Assembly (NCBI GenBank): GCA_052390515.1 | Contig: JBQTGV010000022.1 | Span: 1-20,437, forward strand | Source: Candidatus Eiseniibacteriota bacterium | GTDB lineage: Bacteria > ARS69 | Direction of reading: 5' to 3' | DNA: 20,437 bases | Part shown: piece after piece, positions 6,934 to 14,832 of the stretch | How positions within the stretch are numbered: position 1 is the first letter of the stretch | How the letters are laid out: each line of letters starts with the position of its first letter | Made by a program: the position numbers and the translations under genes | Notes under the pieces: generated by a model | The model's database searches: none | What the model saw: only the letters and a program-made list of their open reading frames with translations | Told to the model about the DNA's origin: nothing

Positions 6934-8523
6934 CTACTCGGCCCCGGCCGCGTCCGAAGTGGCTCGCTCGGGAGCGGCGCCCGCTCCGATGGAGCGGACC
7001 ACCGCCCGCCGGCTCGTGTCCGTGGACTCGCCCGACGGCGCGCCAGGATACCCCGCGGCGACGAGGTTGTTCGCCCCCGATTCGGGGAAGTTGCGCAGCA
7101 CGTAGGCGCGCACCGCTTCCGCTCGCCGCTGACCCAGATCCGCGGGGCCGCCGTCCGTGGTCACCGCGATCTCGATGCGCAGCGGGCGCGTCGCGCTCCC
7201 GGTCCAGCGCTCGATCACCCGGCCGATCTTGTTCAGCTGGTGGTAGGACAGGGGGCGAAGCTCCGCCTCCCCGCTCTCGAACTCGACGCGATCGAGGACC
7301 ACGTCCGAGCCCTGGAGCAACCGCTCCTCGATCGGATCCTGCACGCAGCCGTTCGCGTCGATGCCTGCGCCGAGCGGCGTGTCGTCGCACCGATCCAGTC
7401 CGTCCAGGACGCCGTCGCCGTCGCTGTCGCTGGGGCAGCCCTCCGCGCTGACGAGTGCGCCCGTCGGGCTGTCCGCGCACTGGTCCAGTCCGTCGAAGAC
7501 GCCGTCCGCATCCGCGTCGCTGGGGCAGCCCTGCAAGTCCACGGTGGCGCCGCGCGGCGTTTCGCCGCAGGAGTCGAGGCCGTCGAAGACGCCGTCCTCG
7601 TCCGAATCGATGCCGCAGCCCACCGGATCGACGATCACGCCGGGCGCGGTGGTGAGGCACTTGTCGAAGCGGTCCTCGACCATGTCGCCGTCGCCGTCCT
7701 TCCACGCCCATCCGAGCGGGACGGTGAGGCTCAACGTGACGGCGTAGTTGTTGAGCCACCGCTTGCCACGGTAGCTGTCGGGACTGAACGGCTCCTCGCC
7801 GAGCACGCCGTCCGTCCCGCCGTCCGAGCCCCACGTGGTCGGGTCATTCGGGTCGAAGTCCACGTCGGCCAGATCCCGCTGCGCCGCCAGCAGCGCGGCC
7901 CGCGCGTTCGGCTGGGGAAGGTCGTCGCGGCGCATCACGTAGTCGCGAATGTCGAGGCGCAGCCCCCAACCCGACGTGCGGAAGTACTTGAAGCCGAAGC
8001 CGAAGTCGTAGAACAGGTTGGAGAACGGGCTCGGCGGCGCGTCGTCGCCGCTCGCGAGATCTTCGATGAAACCGGCGCCCACGCTCACGAACGGGCGGAA
8101 TCGGTTCCCCGAGACGTGCGCGAGAATCGAGCCGCCGGCCAGGAAGAGGTTCGAGCTCGACTCGGCCGTTCCCTCCGACGTCACCAAGTTCGTGAACACG
8201 ACGCCTCGCGGCGAGCCGCCCGCGTCGTACGCGATGTGCGCGTCGTACGACTCGAGCATCGCGCTCCGGAACTCCTGGCCCTGCGCGGGCGACAGCGCGA
8301 ACATCCCCTCCAGCGCCCAACGCGAGGAATTGTTCAGAGAAGCGCGGAAGCCGGTCAGCGGAGCGGCGCCGCTGTACTTCGTATGGTCGTCGGTCAGGAA
8401 CGCACCGGCGAACGGATTGATCTCGAAGATGCGCTCGTGCACGGTGTCGGTCTGGCTGCGCGCGGCCGGGGTGACGACGAAGGCCGCGGCGGTGGCGAGG
8501 GCGGCCGCATGGGCGAGCTTCAT
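6934..8523 (-). CDS. OmpA-family outer-membrane protein: beta-barrel, thrombospondin type-3-like Ca-binding repeats and a divergent OmpA C-terminal domain
   Basis: Signal peptide. Barrel strands (RPFVSVGAG, DFGFGFKYF, GLRLDIRDY). Four ~30-aa DxDxDGVxDxxDxC...GC repeats. C-terminal VEFESGEAEL...LGQRRAEAVRAYV...AAGY. Confidence 0.88.
   Translation of the reverse strand: MKLAHAAALATAAAFVVTPAARSQTDTVHERIFEINPFAGAFLTDDHTKYSGAAPLTGFRASLNNSSRWALEGMFALSPAQGQEFRSAMLESYDAHIAYDAGGSPRGVVFTNLVTSEGTAESSSNLFLAGGSILAHVSGNRFRPFVSVGAGFIEDLASGDDAPPSPFSNLFYDFGFGFKYFRTSGWGLRLDIRDYVMRRDDLPQPNARAALLAAQRDLADVDFDPNDPTTWGSDGGTDGVLGEEPFSPDSYRGKRWLNNYAVTLSLTVPLGWAWKDGDGDMVEDRFDKCLTTAPGVIVDPVGCGIDSDEDGVFDGLDSCGETPRGATVDLQGCPSDADADGVFDGLDQCADSPTGALVSAEGCPSDSDGDGVLDGLDRCDDTPLGAGIDANGCVQDPIEERLLQGSDVVLDRVEFESGEAELRPLSYHQLNKIGRVIERWTGSATRPLRIEIAVTTDGGPADLGQRRAEAVRAYVLRNFPESGANNLVAAGYPGAPSGESTDTSRRAVVRSIGAGAAPERATSDAAGAE
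7340..7700 (-). repeat. Four ~90-bp (30-aa) TSP3-like coding repeats
   Basis: DGDGDMVEDRFDKC..., DSDEDGVFDGLDSC..., DADADGVFDGLDQC..., DSDGDGVLDGLDRC.... DNA similarity is visible between copies near 7394 and 7484. Boundaries approximate. Confidence 0.85.
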
Positions 8524-8636
8524 CGCGCTGCCTTCTCCCGATCCCGTCCGGGTCGACGGCCCGAAGGGAGCTGCTCCGGGCTCGGGGAACGGCCCGGGAG
8601 GGCAAACCTGCCCATCCTCAAGGAAAGCGAGTGGCC

Positions 8637-8665
8637 AATTTGCACCACGTCTCGGGCGATGTCAA
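8637..8665 (-). promoter_or_regulatory. Putative sigma-70 promoter for the ompA-OMP-S9 peptidase genes
   Basis: Perfect TTGACA (8660-8665), 17-nt spacer, weak -10 CAAATT (8637-8642). Confidence 0.5.
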
Positions 8666-8712
8666 CGCGAGGCACGACGCGGCGTTGCGCGACCTCGGGC
8701 ACCGGCGATACC

Positions 8713-9009
8713 TCAGGCGGGGGCGGAATCCTGGACCTCGAGACCCGCGGCGCGCCGCACTTCTTCGTCGTACGCGGCGAAGACGCGTTCCTCGAGGTAC
8801 TCGCGAACCTCACGGTTGATCGGGTGAGCAATGTCCTGAAAGGTCCCGTCCCTCTTCCGGCGGGCCGGCATGGCCACGAACCGGTGGCCGTCGGCGCTCT
8901 CGATCACCTTGAGCCCGCGAATCACGAACTCGTCGTCCAGTGTGATCGAAACGAACGCCTTCAAAACTTCTTCGTTCTGGAGATTCACGCGGACCTCGGT
9001 GATTTCCAT
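8713..9009 (-). CDS. spoVG: SpoVG family nucleic-acid-binding regulator
   Basis: MEITEVRV...LKAFVSITLDDEFVIRGLKVI...FVAMPARRKRDGTFQDIAHPINREVR is the characteristic SpoVG pattern. Confidence 0.95.
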   Translation of the reverse strand: MEITEVRVNLQNEEVLKAFVSITLDDEFVIRGLKVIESADGHRFVAMPARRKRDGTFQDIAHPINREVREYLEERVFAAYDEEVRRAAGLEVQDSAPA

Positions 9010-9047
9010 ACGGGTTTCCCCCGAATCGGTCGGTGCTCTGAGGCCGC

Positions 9048-9076
9048 AGTATCCGAGAAGCGACTGAAACCATCAA
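9048..9076 (-). promoter_or_regulatory. Putative sigma-70 promoter of spoVG
   Basis: TTGATG (9071-9076), 17-nt spacer, GATACT (9048-9053). Confidence 0.4.
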
Positions 9077-10270
9077 CTATCTTTGCAAGCTCTGCCTAAC
9101 ATGCAAGAGCTCGTCGACGACGGCGCGGCCGCAGGCCGAGCAGGGGACGCCCCGACCCCCGGGCGCGAGGTCGTAGGTCAGCGATCGGCCCTCCGCCAGC
9201 ACCCGCGCGACCGCCGCTTCCACCTGTTCCGACGCGCGTACCAGCCGCTCGTCGGACTCCTTGCGGCCGAGCCAGTCGAGCAGCATGCGCAGAGCGAGGA
9301 TCGTGGCGATGGGGTTCGCCTTGTCCTGGCCGGCGTGCTTCGGAGCGCTGCCGTGAATCGGCTCGAACATCCCGTGGCGGTCCCCGATGTTGCCTCCCGC
9401 TGCCACGCCCATGCCGCCCTGGGTGGAGCTGCCCAGATCGGAGATGACGTCACCGACCAGGTTCGGCGCGACGACGACGTCGAACCACTCCGGGTTGCGC
9501 ACCTGCCACATGCAGAAGGCGTCGAAGTACGCCGTGTCCCGTTCCACGTCCGGATACTCGGACCGGCCGATCTCCTCGAACAGATCACGGAAGTAGCGGT
9601 GCGCGCCCACGATGTTGGACTTCTCGACGCAGGTCACCTTCGCCGCACGGTTCGCGGCGCTTCCCTCGCGCTCGCTCGCGCGGCGGCGCGCCAGCTCGAA
9701 CGCGAACCGGACGATGCGCCGTGTGCAGGCCTCGGTGATCCGGATCGGCGTCTCGCGCCCGGGCCCGCCCTGCGCGCGCTCGATCTCGCGTGTCTCCCCG
9801 GTGTACGCGTCCTCGGTGTTCTCGCGCACGACGACGTAGTCGACGAGACCCGGCTTCCACACCTGCGACATCTCGCCGTGCACCTTGTGAAGCACGCCGG
9901 GGTAGAGCCTCACCGGGCGGACGTTCGCGTAGAGGTCCAGGCGCTTGCGGTTTCCGATGACCTGCGCGTACCCGGCGAGCTGCGAGGTGGGATATGGGCG
10001 GCCCGGCTCGGTGAACACCGGCTTCCCGTCGATCTCGTGTCCGACCGCGCCGAGCAGAATCGCGTCGGCGTCTCGACACTTCTCGAAGCTACCGTCCGGC
10101 CACTCGACGCCGTGCTCCGCATAGTAGTGACCGCCGCAATCGATCTCGGTGACGTCGAAGTCGGCGCCCGTGATCTCGCGAACGGCATCGAGGACCTTCA
10201 GCGCCGCGGCGACGACCTCGATTCCAATCCCATCGCCCGGCAGCACGACCAGCGAGTATCTCGGCTTCAT
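9077..10270 (-). CDS. Isocitrate/isopropylmalate/tartrate family (beta-decarboxylating) dehydrogenase
   Basis: LPGDGIGIEV, DAILLGAVG, LDLYANVRP, VRENTE, APNLVGDVISD and MFEPIHGSAPKHAGQDKANPIATI motifs. Substrate cannot be determined from the sequence. Confidence 0.93.
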   Translation of the reverse strand: MKPRYSLVVLPGDGIGIEVVAAALKVLDAVREITGADFDVTEIDCGGHYYAEHGVEWPDGSFEKCRDADAILLGAVGHEIDGKPVFTEPGRPYPTSQLAGYAQVIGNRKRLDLYANVRPVRLYPGVLHKVHGEMSQVWKPGLVDYVVVRENTEDAYTGETREIERAQGGPGRETPIRITEACTRRIVRFAFELARRRASEREGSAANRAAKVTCVEKSNIVGAHRYFRDLFEEIGRSEYPDVERDTAYFDAFCMWQVRNPEWFDVVVAPNLVGDVISDLGSSTQGGMGVAAGGNIGDRHGMFEPIHGSAPKHAGQDKANPIATILALRMLLDWLGRKESDERLVRASEQVEAAVARVLAEGRSLTYDLAPGGRGVPCSACGRAVVDELLHVRQSLQR

Positions 10271-10298
10271 GAGCTCCCGGCTTTCCGTGTGTCAGATC

Positions 10299-10482
10299 TA
10301 TCAAGGAGTTATGAGGATTCCCGCGCTGCCGCTCGCCCGCGGCAGGGTGGGCCAAGCTTCGCTGCGGCAACCACTTGGGGATAAGGCCCCTCTCGGGGTG
10401 GCAGCTGGCGTTCGGAACCATCGCCAATTCAGCAGCTTACGCCATCCGGCGGCCTCCGGCGCGCGTTTTCCACTTATACACA
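10299..10482. promoter_or_regulatory. Cluster of IHF-like sites and DnaA boxes
   Basis: TATCAAGGAGTTA (10299-10311) is an exact WATCAANNNNTTR match. TTATACACA (10474-10482) fits TTWTNCACA. TTTTCCACT (10466-10474) and TTATCCCCA (minus strand, 10376-10384) each carry 1 mismatch. Confidence 0.5.
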
Positions 10483-10576
10483 CGGGCGCCCACTGAGGGA
10501 TCCGGACCCGCCGGTGGTGATCGCCGATTCCGACGGTCCGCGCGTCCACATCGACGGGCGTCGATCTGGATCCGCC

Positions 10577-11032
10577 TCAGCCGCCGATCTCGCAGTTACC
10601 CCGGAAGCGGACGCCGTCTTCCATGACCATGTTCTTGGCCTTGATGTCGGCGTCGACGTGGCTCCCCGACTGGAACTCGACGCCCTCGCGCGCCGAGATC
10701 TTGCCCTGGAAACGGCCGTTGACCACTGCGCGACGGGCCTGCACCTGCGCCTGGACGTTGCCGGTGCTGCCCACGATCACTGCGTCGGCGGCCTCGATCT
10801 CGCCCTGGGCCTCGCCCTCGACGCGAATGGTGCCCGAGACGTTCGCCTTGCCGACGAAGCGCGCGCCTTCCGCCAGCACGGTCGCGGCGCCGGGCGTGTT
10901 CGGAGCCGTGCTGCTGCTCGGGGCCATCGGAGCCGGCGCGGGTTCGCTCGGCGTGGGGGTGGAGCTGCCGCTCATTTCGGGGTAGCCGGGCGAGCCGGCG
11001 GGGCGATCGGTCTGCATCTTTTTCTGGAACAT
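10577..11032 (-). CDS. Bactofilin (polymer-forming cytoskeletal protein, CcmA/BacA family)
   Basis: Start reassigned to ATG 11032 (SD GGAG; MFQKK...). Pro/Ser-rich disordered linker, then beta-helix pattern TVLAEGARFVG...IRVEG...GEI...VIVGSTGNVQAQVQARRAVVNGRFQGKI...MEDGVRFRGNCEI. Confidence 0.93.
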   Translation of the reverse strand: MFQKKMQTDRPAGSPGYPEMSGSSTPTPSEPAPAPMAPSSSTAPNTPGAATVLAEGARFVGKANVSGTIRVEGEAQGEIEAADAVIVGSTGNVQAQVQARRAVVNGRFQGKISAREGVEFQSGSHVDADIKAKNMVMEDGVRFRGNCEIGG

Positions 11033-11046
11033 GGTCGACTCCGTGG

Positions 11047-11198
11047 GTGGTTGCTCTGCCGTCCACTCGGCCCTTCGGCGAGACGTGGTTGCTGTGCCGT
11101 CCACTCGGCCCTTCGGCGAGACGTGGTTGCTGTGCCGTCCACTCAGCCCTTCGGCGAGACGTGGTTGCTGTGCCGTCCGCTCAGCCCTTTGGCGAGAG
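11047..11198. repeat. Tandem repeat, 4 x 38 bp (GTGGTTGCTGTGCCGTCCACTCRGCCCTTCGGCGAGAC)
   Basis: Units at 11047-11084, 11085-11122, 11123-11160 and 11161-11198 with few substitutions and no spacers. The last unit contains the M23 stop codon. Confidence 0.97.
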
Positions 11199-11939
11199 CA
11201 GGAACGTCGGATCCAGCGGCTCCTCCTCGAGGCGGACCTCGAAGTGGACGTGAGGGGCGCTCGAGCGCCCCGTGTTTCCGAGCCGCGCGATGGTTTGTCC
11301 CCGCGGAACCAGAGCCCCGGTTTCGACGAGAACTGCGTCGTTGTGTCCGTAAAGCGAAGTGAAGCCGTTCCCGTGATCCAGGATCACGAGATTCCCGAAC
11401 GTGTCGTCCCAGCCCGCGAAGCGCACCGCGCCGAACGCCGCCGCGCGCACGTCTGTTCCCGTCTCGCCGACGAGGTCGATGCCGGGGTGTCCTTCGGGTC
11501 CGCTCTCGAAGCCGCGAGAGACCCACCCGTCGACGGGGGGAAGACACGGCACTTCGGCGAGCAGTCCTTCCTCGCGCTCCCACCGGTGGCGGCCCTTGTC
11601 GGCACGCTCGGTCGACAGCGCGTCCGAGAACTCGATTCCGGCCCAGCGCCGGATCCGGGTCTCGAACTCCTGCAGCTGCGTGAGCTCGGCTTCGAGCTCG
11701 CGGATCCGGCCCGTCTCCTCGTGCAGCCGCGCATTCTCCGCGCGGAGCGACTCGACCTCGCGGCTGCGAGCGGAAAGATCCACGACCTGCACCAGCGCGA
11801 CGACGAGCAGCACCGGCAGCGAGGCCACCACGGCCCCGCCGGCGATCAGTAGATGCAGCGGGATGTCACGGTTCCAGCTGCGCGAGCTCCCGTGCGGCGC
11901 CACGATGACGGAGATCTTCCGGGCGCGATCGAAGAGCAC
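11181..11939 (-). CDS. Membrane-anchored M23 family peptidoglycan metallo-endopeptidase
   Basis: Short basic cytoplasmic N-terminus, TM helix, coiled coil and an M23 domain with intact zinc ligands HPGID and HVH, plus YGHN and GNTGRSSAPH. Confidence 0.93.
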   Translation of the reverse strand: MLFDRARKISVIVAPHGSSRSWNRDIPLHLLIAGGAVVASLPVLLVVALVQVVDLSARSREVESLRAENARLHEETGRIRELEAELTQLQEFETRIRRWAGIEFSDALSTERADKGRHRWEREEGLLAEVPCLPPVDGWVSRGFESGPEGHPGIDLVGETGTDVRAAAFGAVRFAGWDDTFGNLVILDHGNGFTSLYGHNDAVLVETGALVPRGQTIARLGNTGRSSAPHVHFEVRLEEEPLDPTFLLSPKG

Positions 11940-11988
11940 GTGCTTTCCCTCGGGGAGTGTCCGCCGGCCGGCGCGGGGCGAACCGGAC

Positions 11989-12018
11989 CGTTTAGCATCG
12001 CGGTTCCGGCCGTGTCAA
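11989..12018 (-). promoter_or_regulatory. Putative sigma-70 promoter for the M23-bactofilin pair
   Basis: Perfect TTGACA (12013-12018), 18-nt spacer ending in TGC (extended -10), TAAACG (11989-11994). Confidence 0.5.
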
Positions 12019-12097
12019 GGCGGCCGGCCCGTGCCCCTCGCGATTCGAGACTTCGTTCCCCGAATCGACAGCGACTCGCGCCGGCTTGAGCGGCCGA

Positions 12098-12994
12098 TCA
12101 GAGGTGGTCGGGGACTCGTTGCTCCGCGGCGAGCAGCAGCTCGATGAGCCGGTCGAGGTCGTCGTACGAGTAGAATTCGAGGCTCACGTGGCCGCGCCCC
12201 CCCCGGTCGTGAATCTGGACGGGCGTGCCATAGACGCGCTGCAGCTTCTCTTCCAGCTCTCGTGTCTCGGGAGACGTGGTTCGAATCGCGGCGCGTCGAC
12301 GCTTCTTCGCGCCTTTCGCCACGAAACCCGGGACGGTGGCGGCCCGGTCCTCGGCCTCCCGCACGGTTAGCTCCTGCGTGCGAATTTGCTCGTGCAGCTT
12401 CAACATCTCCTGCTCGTCGCGACACGCCAGGAGCGCGCGCGCGTGTCCCCTCGAGAGCCGTCCCTCCCGCACTTCCTCTTGGAGCGATGCGGGCAGGTTC
12501 AGCAGGCGGAGCGTGTTGGCCACGTTCACTCGGCCGCGGCCCACCCAACGCGCGATCTCTTCCTGCGTCCACTCGAACACGTCGGCGAGTTCGCGGTAGG
12601 CGAGCGCCTCGTCGATCGGATTGAGGTCCGCTCGCACGAGATTCTCCACCAGCGCGAGCGGCAGCATCTCTTCGTCGGAGGCTTCGCGAACGATCGCAGG
12701 GATCTGCTCGAACCCCGCGCGGGCCGCGGCGCGCCAGCGTCGCTCGCCGGCGATGAGCTCGTACACACCGCCCGATGCCCGTCGCACGAGCACGGGTTGC
12801 AGCAGCCCCTGCTCGCGGATCGAGTCCGCGGGCGGATCGATGTCCTCGGCAGGAAAGTCGTGTCGCGGCTGTCGCGGGTTGGGGCGGATCGACTCGATCG
12901 GGAGGGACAGCACCACGTCGCCTTCCCGGTGCGAGAGAGCCGTCGTTTCCGGGATCAGCGCCCCCAGCCCTCTTCCCAGGCCTCGCTTGCTCAT
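12098..12994 (-). CDS. parB: Chromosome partitioning protein ParB/Spo0J
   Basis: N-terminal ParA-interacting MSKRGLGRGLGALI (ATG 12994; a GTG at 13000 overlapping the parA stop is also possible). PNPRQPR, CTP-binding GERRWRA, ENLVRADL and an HTH. Confidence 0.96.
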   Translation of the reverse strand: MSKRGLGRGLGALIPETTALSHREGDVVLSLPIESIRPNPRQPRHDFPAEDIDPPADSIREQGLLQPVLVRRASGGVYELIAGERRWRAAARAGFEQIPAIVREASDEEMLPLALVENLVRADLNPIDEALAYRELADVFEWTQEEIARWVGRGRVNVANTLRLLNLPASLQEEVREGRLSRGHARALLACRDEQEMLKLHEQIRTQELTVREAEDRAATVPGFVAKGAKKRRRAAIRTTSPETRELEEKLQRVYGTPVQIHDRGGRGHVSLEFYSYDDLDRLIELLLAAEQRVPDHL

Positions 12995-12996
12995 CG

Positions 12997-13857
12997 TCAC
13001 ACTCCAGGTACTTCGATGACCGGTTCGACTTCCGCCGGCCTGGCGCGCTCGCTTCCGGCCTCGAGCAGCTCCCCGGCGAGCTTCATGTAACTCACCGCCC
13101 CCGGCGACAGGATGTCGTACAGGATGACGGGCTTTCCGTGGCTCGGCGCTTCGCCGAGGCGAACGTTGCGCGGCACGACAGTTCGGTAGACCTTTTCGCC
13201 GAAGTGGCTGCGCGCTTCCTCGGCCACTTCGCGCGAGAGCGTCAGGCGACGATCGTACATCGTGAGCAGCACGCCCTCGATCTCGAGATCTGGATTCAGG
13301 TTGCGTTGCACGAGGCGAATCGTGTTCAGCAGCTGGCTCAAGCCTTCCAGGGCGTAGTACTCGCACTGGATCGGGATCAGCACGGAATCGGCCGCGGTCA
13401 GCGCATTCAGAGTGAGAAGTCCCAGGGACGGCGGGCAGTCGATGAAGATGTAGTCGTAGTCGTCGCGAACATCGCCCAGTGCGTTGCGGAGTCGATGCTC
13501 TCGCGCCATCGCGCTGACCAGCTCAACTTCGGCGCCCGTGAGTGCCTGGTTGGACGGCGCGAGGTCCAGGTACGGAACGGTCGTCTTCTGAACCACCTCG
13601 GGAAGGTCCTTCTTCTCGAGGAGCACTTCGTAGATTCCGAGGATCGATGCGCGGTCGAAGAGACCGAGCCCGCTGCATGCGTTTGCCTGGGGGTCTATGT
13701 CGATCAGGAGGACTCGCCGCTCGGATGCGGCGACGCACGATGCCAGGTTCACGGCAGTCGTGGTCTTGCCCACTCCGCCTTTTTGATTCGCGATCGCGAT
13801 GACGCGGGCGCGGCCGCCGCCTGCGGCCGGCCGACCGCTCGTCGGTTCCTCGTTCAC
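12997..13857 (-). CDS. parA: Chromosome partitioning ATPase ParA/Soj
   Basis: Deviant Walker [48 protein letters not shown]. Start reassigned to GTG 13857 with an SD-like GAGGAAG. The tracked N-terminal extension runs over parS sites and is not credible. Confidence 0.96.
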   Translation of the reverse strand: MNEEPTSGRPAAGGGRARVIAIANQKGGVGKTTTAVNLASCVAASERRVLLIDIDPQANACSGLGLFDRASILGIYEVLLEKKDLPEVVQKTTVPYLDLAPSNQALTGAEVELVSAMAREHRLRNALGDVRDDYDYIFIDCPPSLGLLTLNALTAADSVLIPIQCEYYALEGLSQLLNTIRLVQRNLNPDLEIEGVLLTMYDRRLTLSREVAEEARSHFGEKVYRTVVPRNVRLGEAPSHGKPVILYDILSPGAVSYMKLAGELLEAGSERARPAEVEPVIEVPGV

Positions 13858-14044
13858 TGCCCTTCCTCGTCTTCCCGGATCCACCCGAGGATACACGCCG
13901 GGTGTCGCGAGAATACCGGAGGGAGAAGGAATCGGGGAGACGAAAACCCGGGGGGGCGGTGTGCGCAAGGGAACGTGCCCGGACATCCGGTCAGGCGTCC
14001 CAGGAATCGGAGGGTCTCTCTGCCTGGCGAGAGGGCCGGCGCGT

Positions 14045-14060
14045 TGTTCCCCGTGGAACA
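14045..14060. promoter_or_regulatory. parS: parS centromere-like site 1 (TGTTCCCCGTGGAACA)
   Basis: One mismatch to the palindrome TGTTCCACGTGGAACA. The inverted repeat extends over 14042-14063. Lies upstream of parA. Confidence 0.85.
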
Positions 14061-14155
14061 ACGGGAGACCGGTCCTTTCGGCCCCCGCCGCAAGAGCGGG
14101 AGGCCGGTTGCTTCCGCAGATCGCCCACGAGGAGCCGTGACCGACCACGTCGGTC

Positions 14156-14171
14156 TGTTCCACGGGAAACA
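14156..14171. promoter_or_regulatory. parS: parS centromere-like site 2 (TGTTCCACGGGAAACA)
   Basis: One mismatch to TGTTNCACGTGAAACA. In the rsmG-parA intergenic region. Confidence 0.85.
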
Positions 14172-14226
14172 ACCCGGCTCTAACCTCAGTCGGACGGACG
14201 TGGGCCGGGTCGTCCACGCGCGCAGC

Positions 14227-14832
14227 TCAAGCCACCCGAGCGAGGCTCGTGACGGGCTCCTCGCCGTCGCCCGGCCACTCCAGCCCGCCCTCGCGAGGCG
14301 CTGCGAAGACCCAGGCCTCGCCTCCCGGCGCCAGCAGACCGGGGGCCGCGCGACGGAGGAGATCGGGGCCCCCGACCGCCCGCGCGAAGACCCGGTCGAA
14401 GGGGGCGCGTCCTCGAAGAGTGTCGCCGGGTTGCTCGATCCGGCACCAGTGGATGGCGCAGTCCTCAAACCCGAGTTCGACCACGCAGGCCTTGAGGAAG
14501 TCGCACTTCTTCCGCGTGGAGTCGACGAGATCGAGGCGGACCCGCGGCCTCACGATCTTCAGTGGGATCCCCGGAAACCCACCACCCGACCCGACGTCGA
14601 GGACCCGAATTGGCTGACCCGGCGGGACCACCCGCAGGACGGCCAGGCTCGGCAGAACTTGCCGCTCGAGGATCTCCCCGGCCGTTTTCCGGGACACGAG
14701 ATTCACCCCACGGTTCCGAAGCTCGAGGAACTCCACGAAATGGGCTATCGCCGCATCCCAGCCGGCCGGGGCACCGCCTTCCCGCTCCAGCAGGCGCCCG
14801 AGGACCGTTCGGACGCGCTCTGCCGAGGTCAC
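14227..14832 (-). CDS. rsmG: 16S rRNA m7G527 methyltransferase RsmG (GidB)
   Basis: C-terminal 201 aa of tracked ORF 14227..16509. GTG at 14832 overlaps the mnmG stop (GTGA). Motifs [38 protein letters not shown]. Confidence 0.93.
   Translation of the reverse strand: MTSAERVRTVLGRLLEREGGAPAGWDAAIAHFVEFLELRNRGVNLVSRKTAGEILERQVLPSLAVLRVVPPGQPIRVLDVGSGGGFPGIPLKIVRPRVRLDLVDSTRKKCDFLKACVVELGFEDCAIHWCRIEQPGDTLRGRAPFDRVFARAVGGPDLLRRAAPGLLAPGGEAWVFAAPREGGLEWPGDGEEPVTSLARVA

Noticed and set aside
8590-8640. GGGCAAACC...GAAA resembling a c-di-GMP-I riboswitch
   Set aside because: On the strand opposite the downstream gene and lacks the following GACGCAAAG/P3 elements.
4352-10384. Long plus-strand ORFs (4352..6295, 6928..9099, 9083..10384)
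   Set aside because: Antisense mirrors of well-supported minus-strand genes, with no recognisable domains.
10320-10570. Possible tRNA or structured ncRNA in the intergenic region
   Set aside because: No cloverleaf, T-loop or recognisable SRP/6S/tmRNA motif found by eye. A covariance-model search would be needed to exclude it fully.
11047-11198. Possible CRISPR array
   Set aside because: Units are directly adjacent with no unique spacers, and no cas genes are in the window.
12825-12840. Pro-Pro in a predicted ParB helix (DIDPPADSI), suggesting damage
   Set aside because: The frame is intact and the CTP-binding and HTH motifs are conserved. It could be a variant or a base-call error, so there is no support for a pseudogene.
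12995-14217. N-terminal extensions of ParB (to 13366) and ParA (to 14217)
   Set aside because: They overlap parA and the parS sites respectively. Conserved N-termini and an SD-like sequence support the shorter starts.
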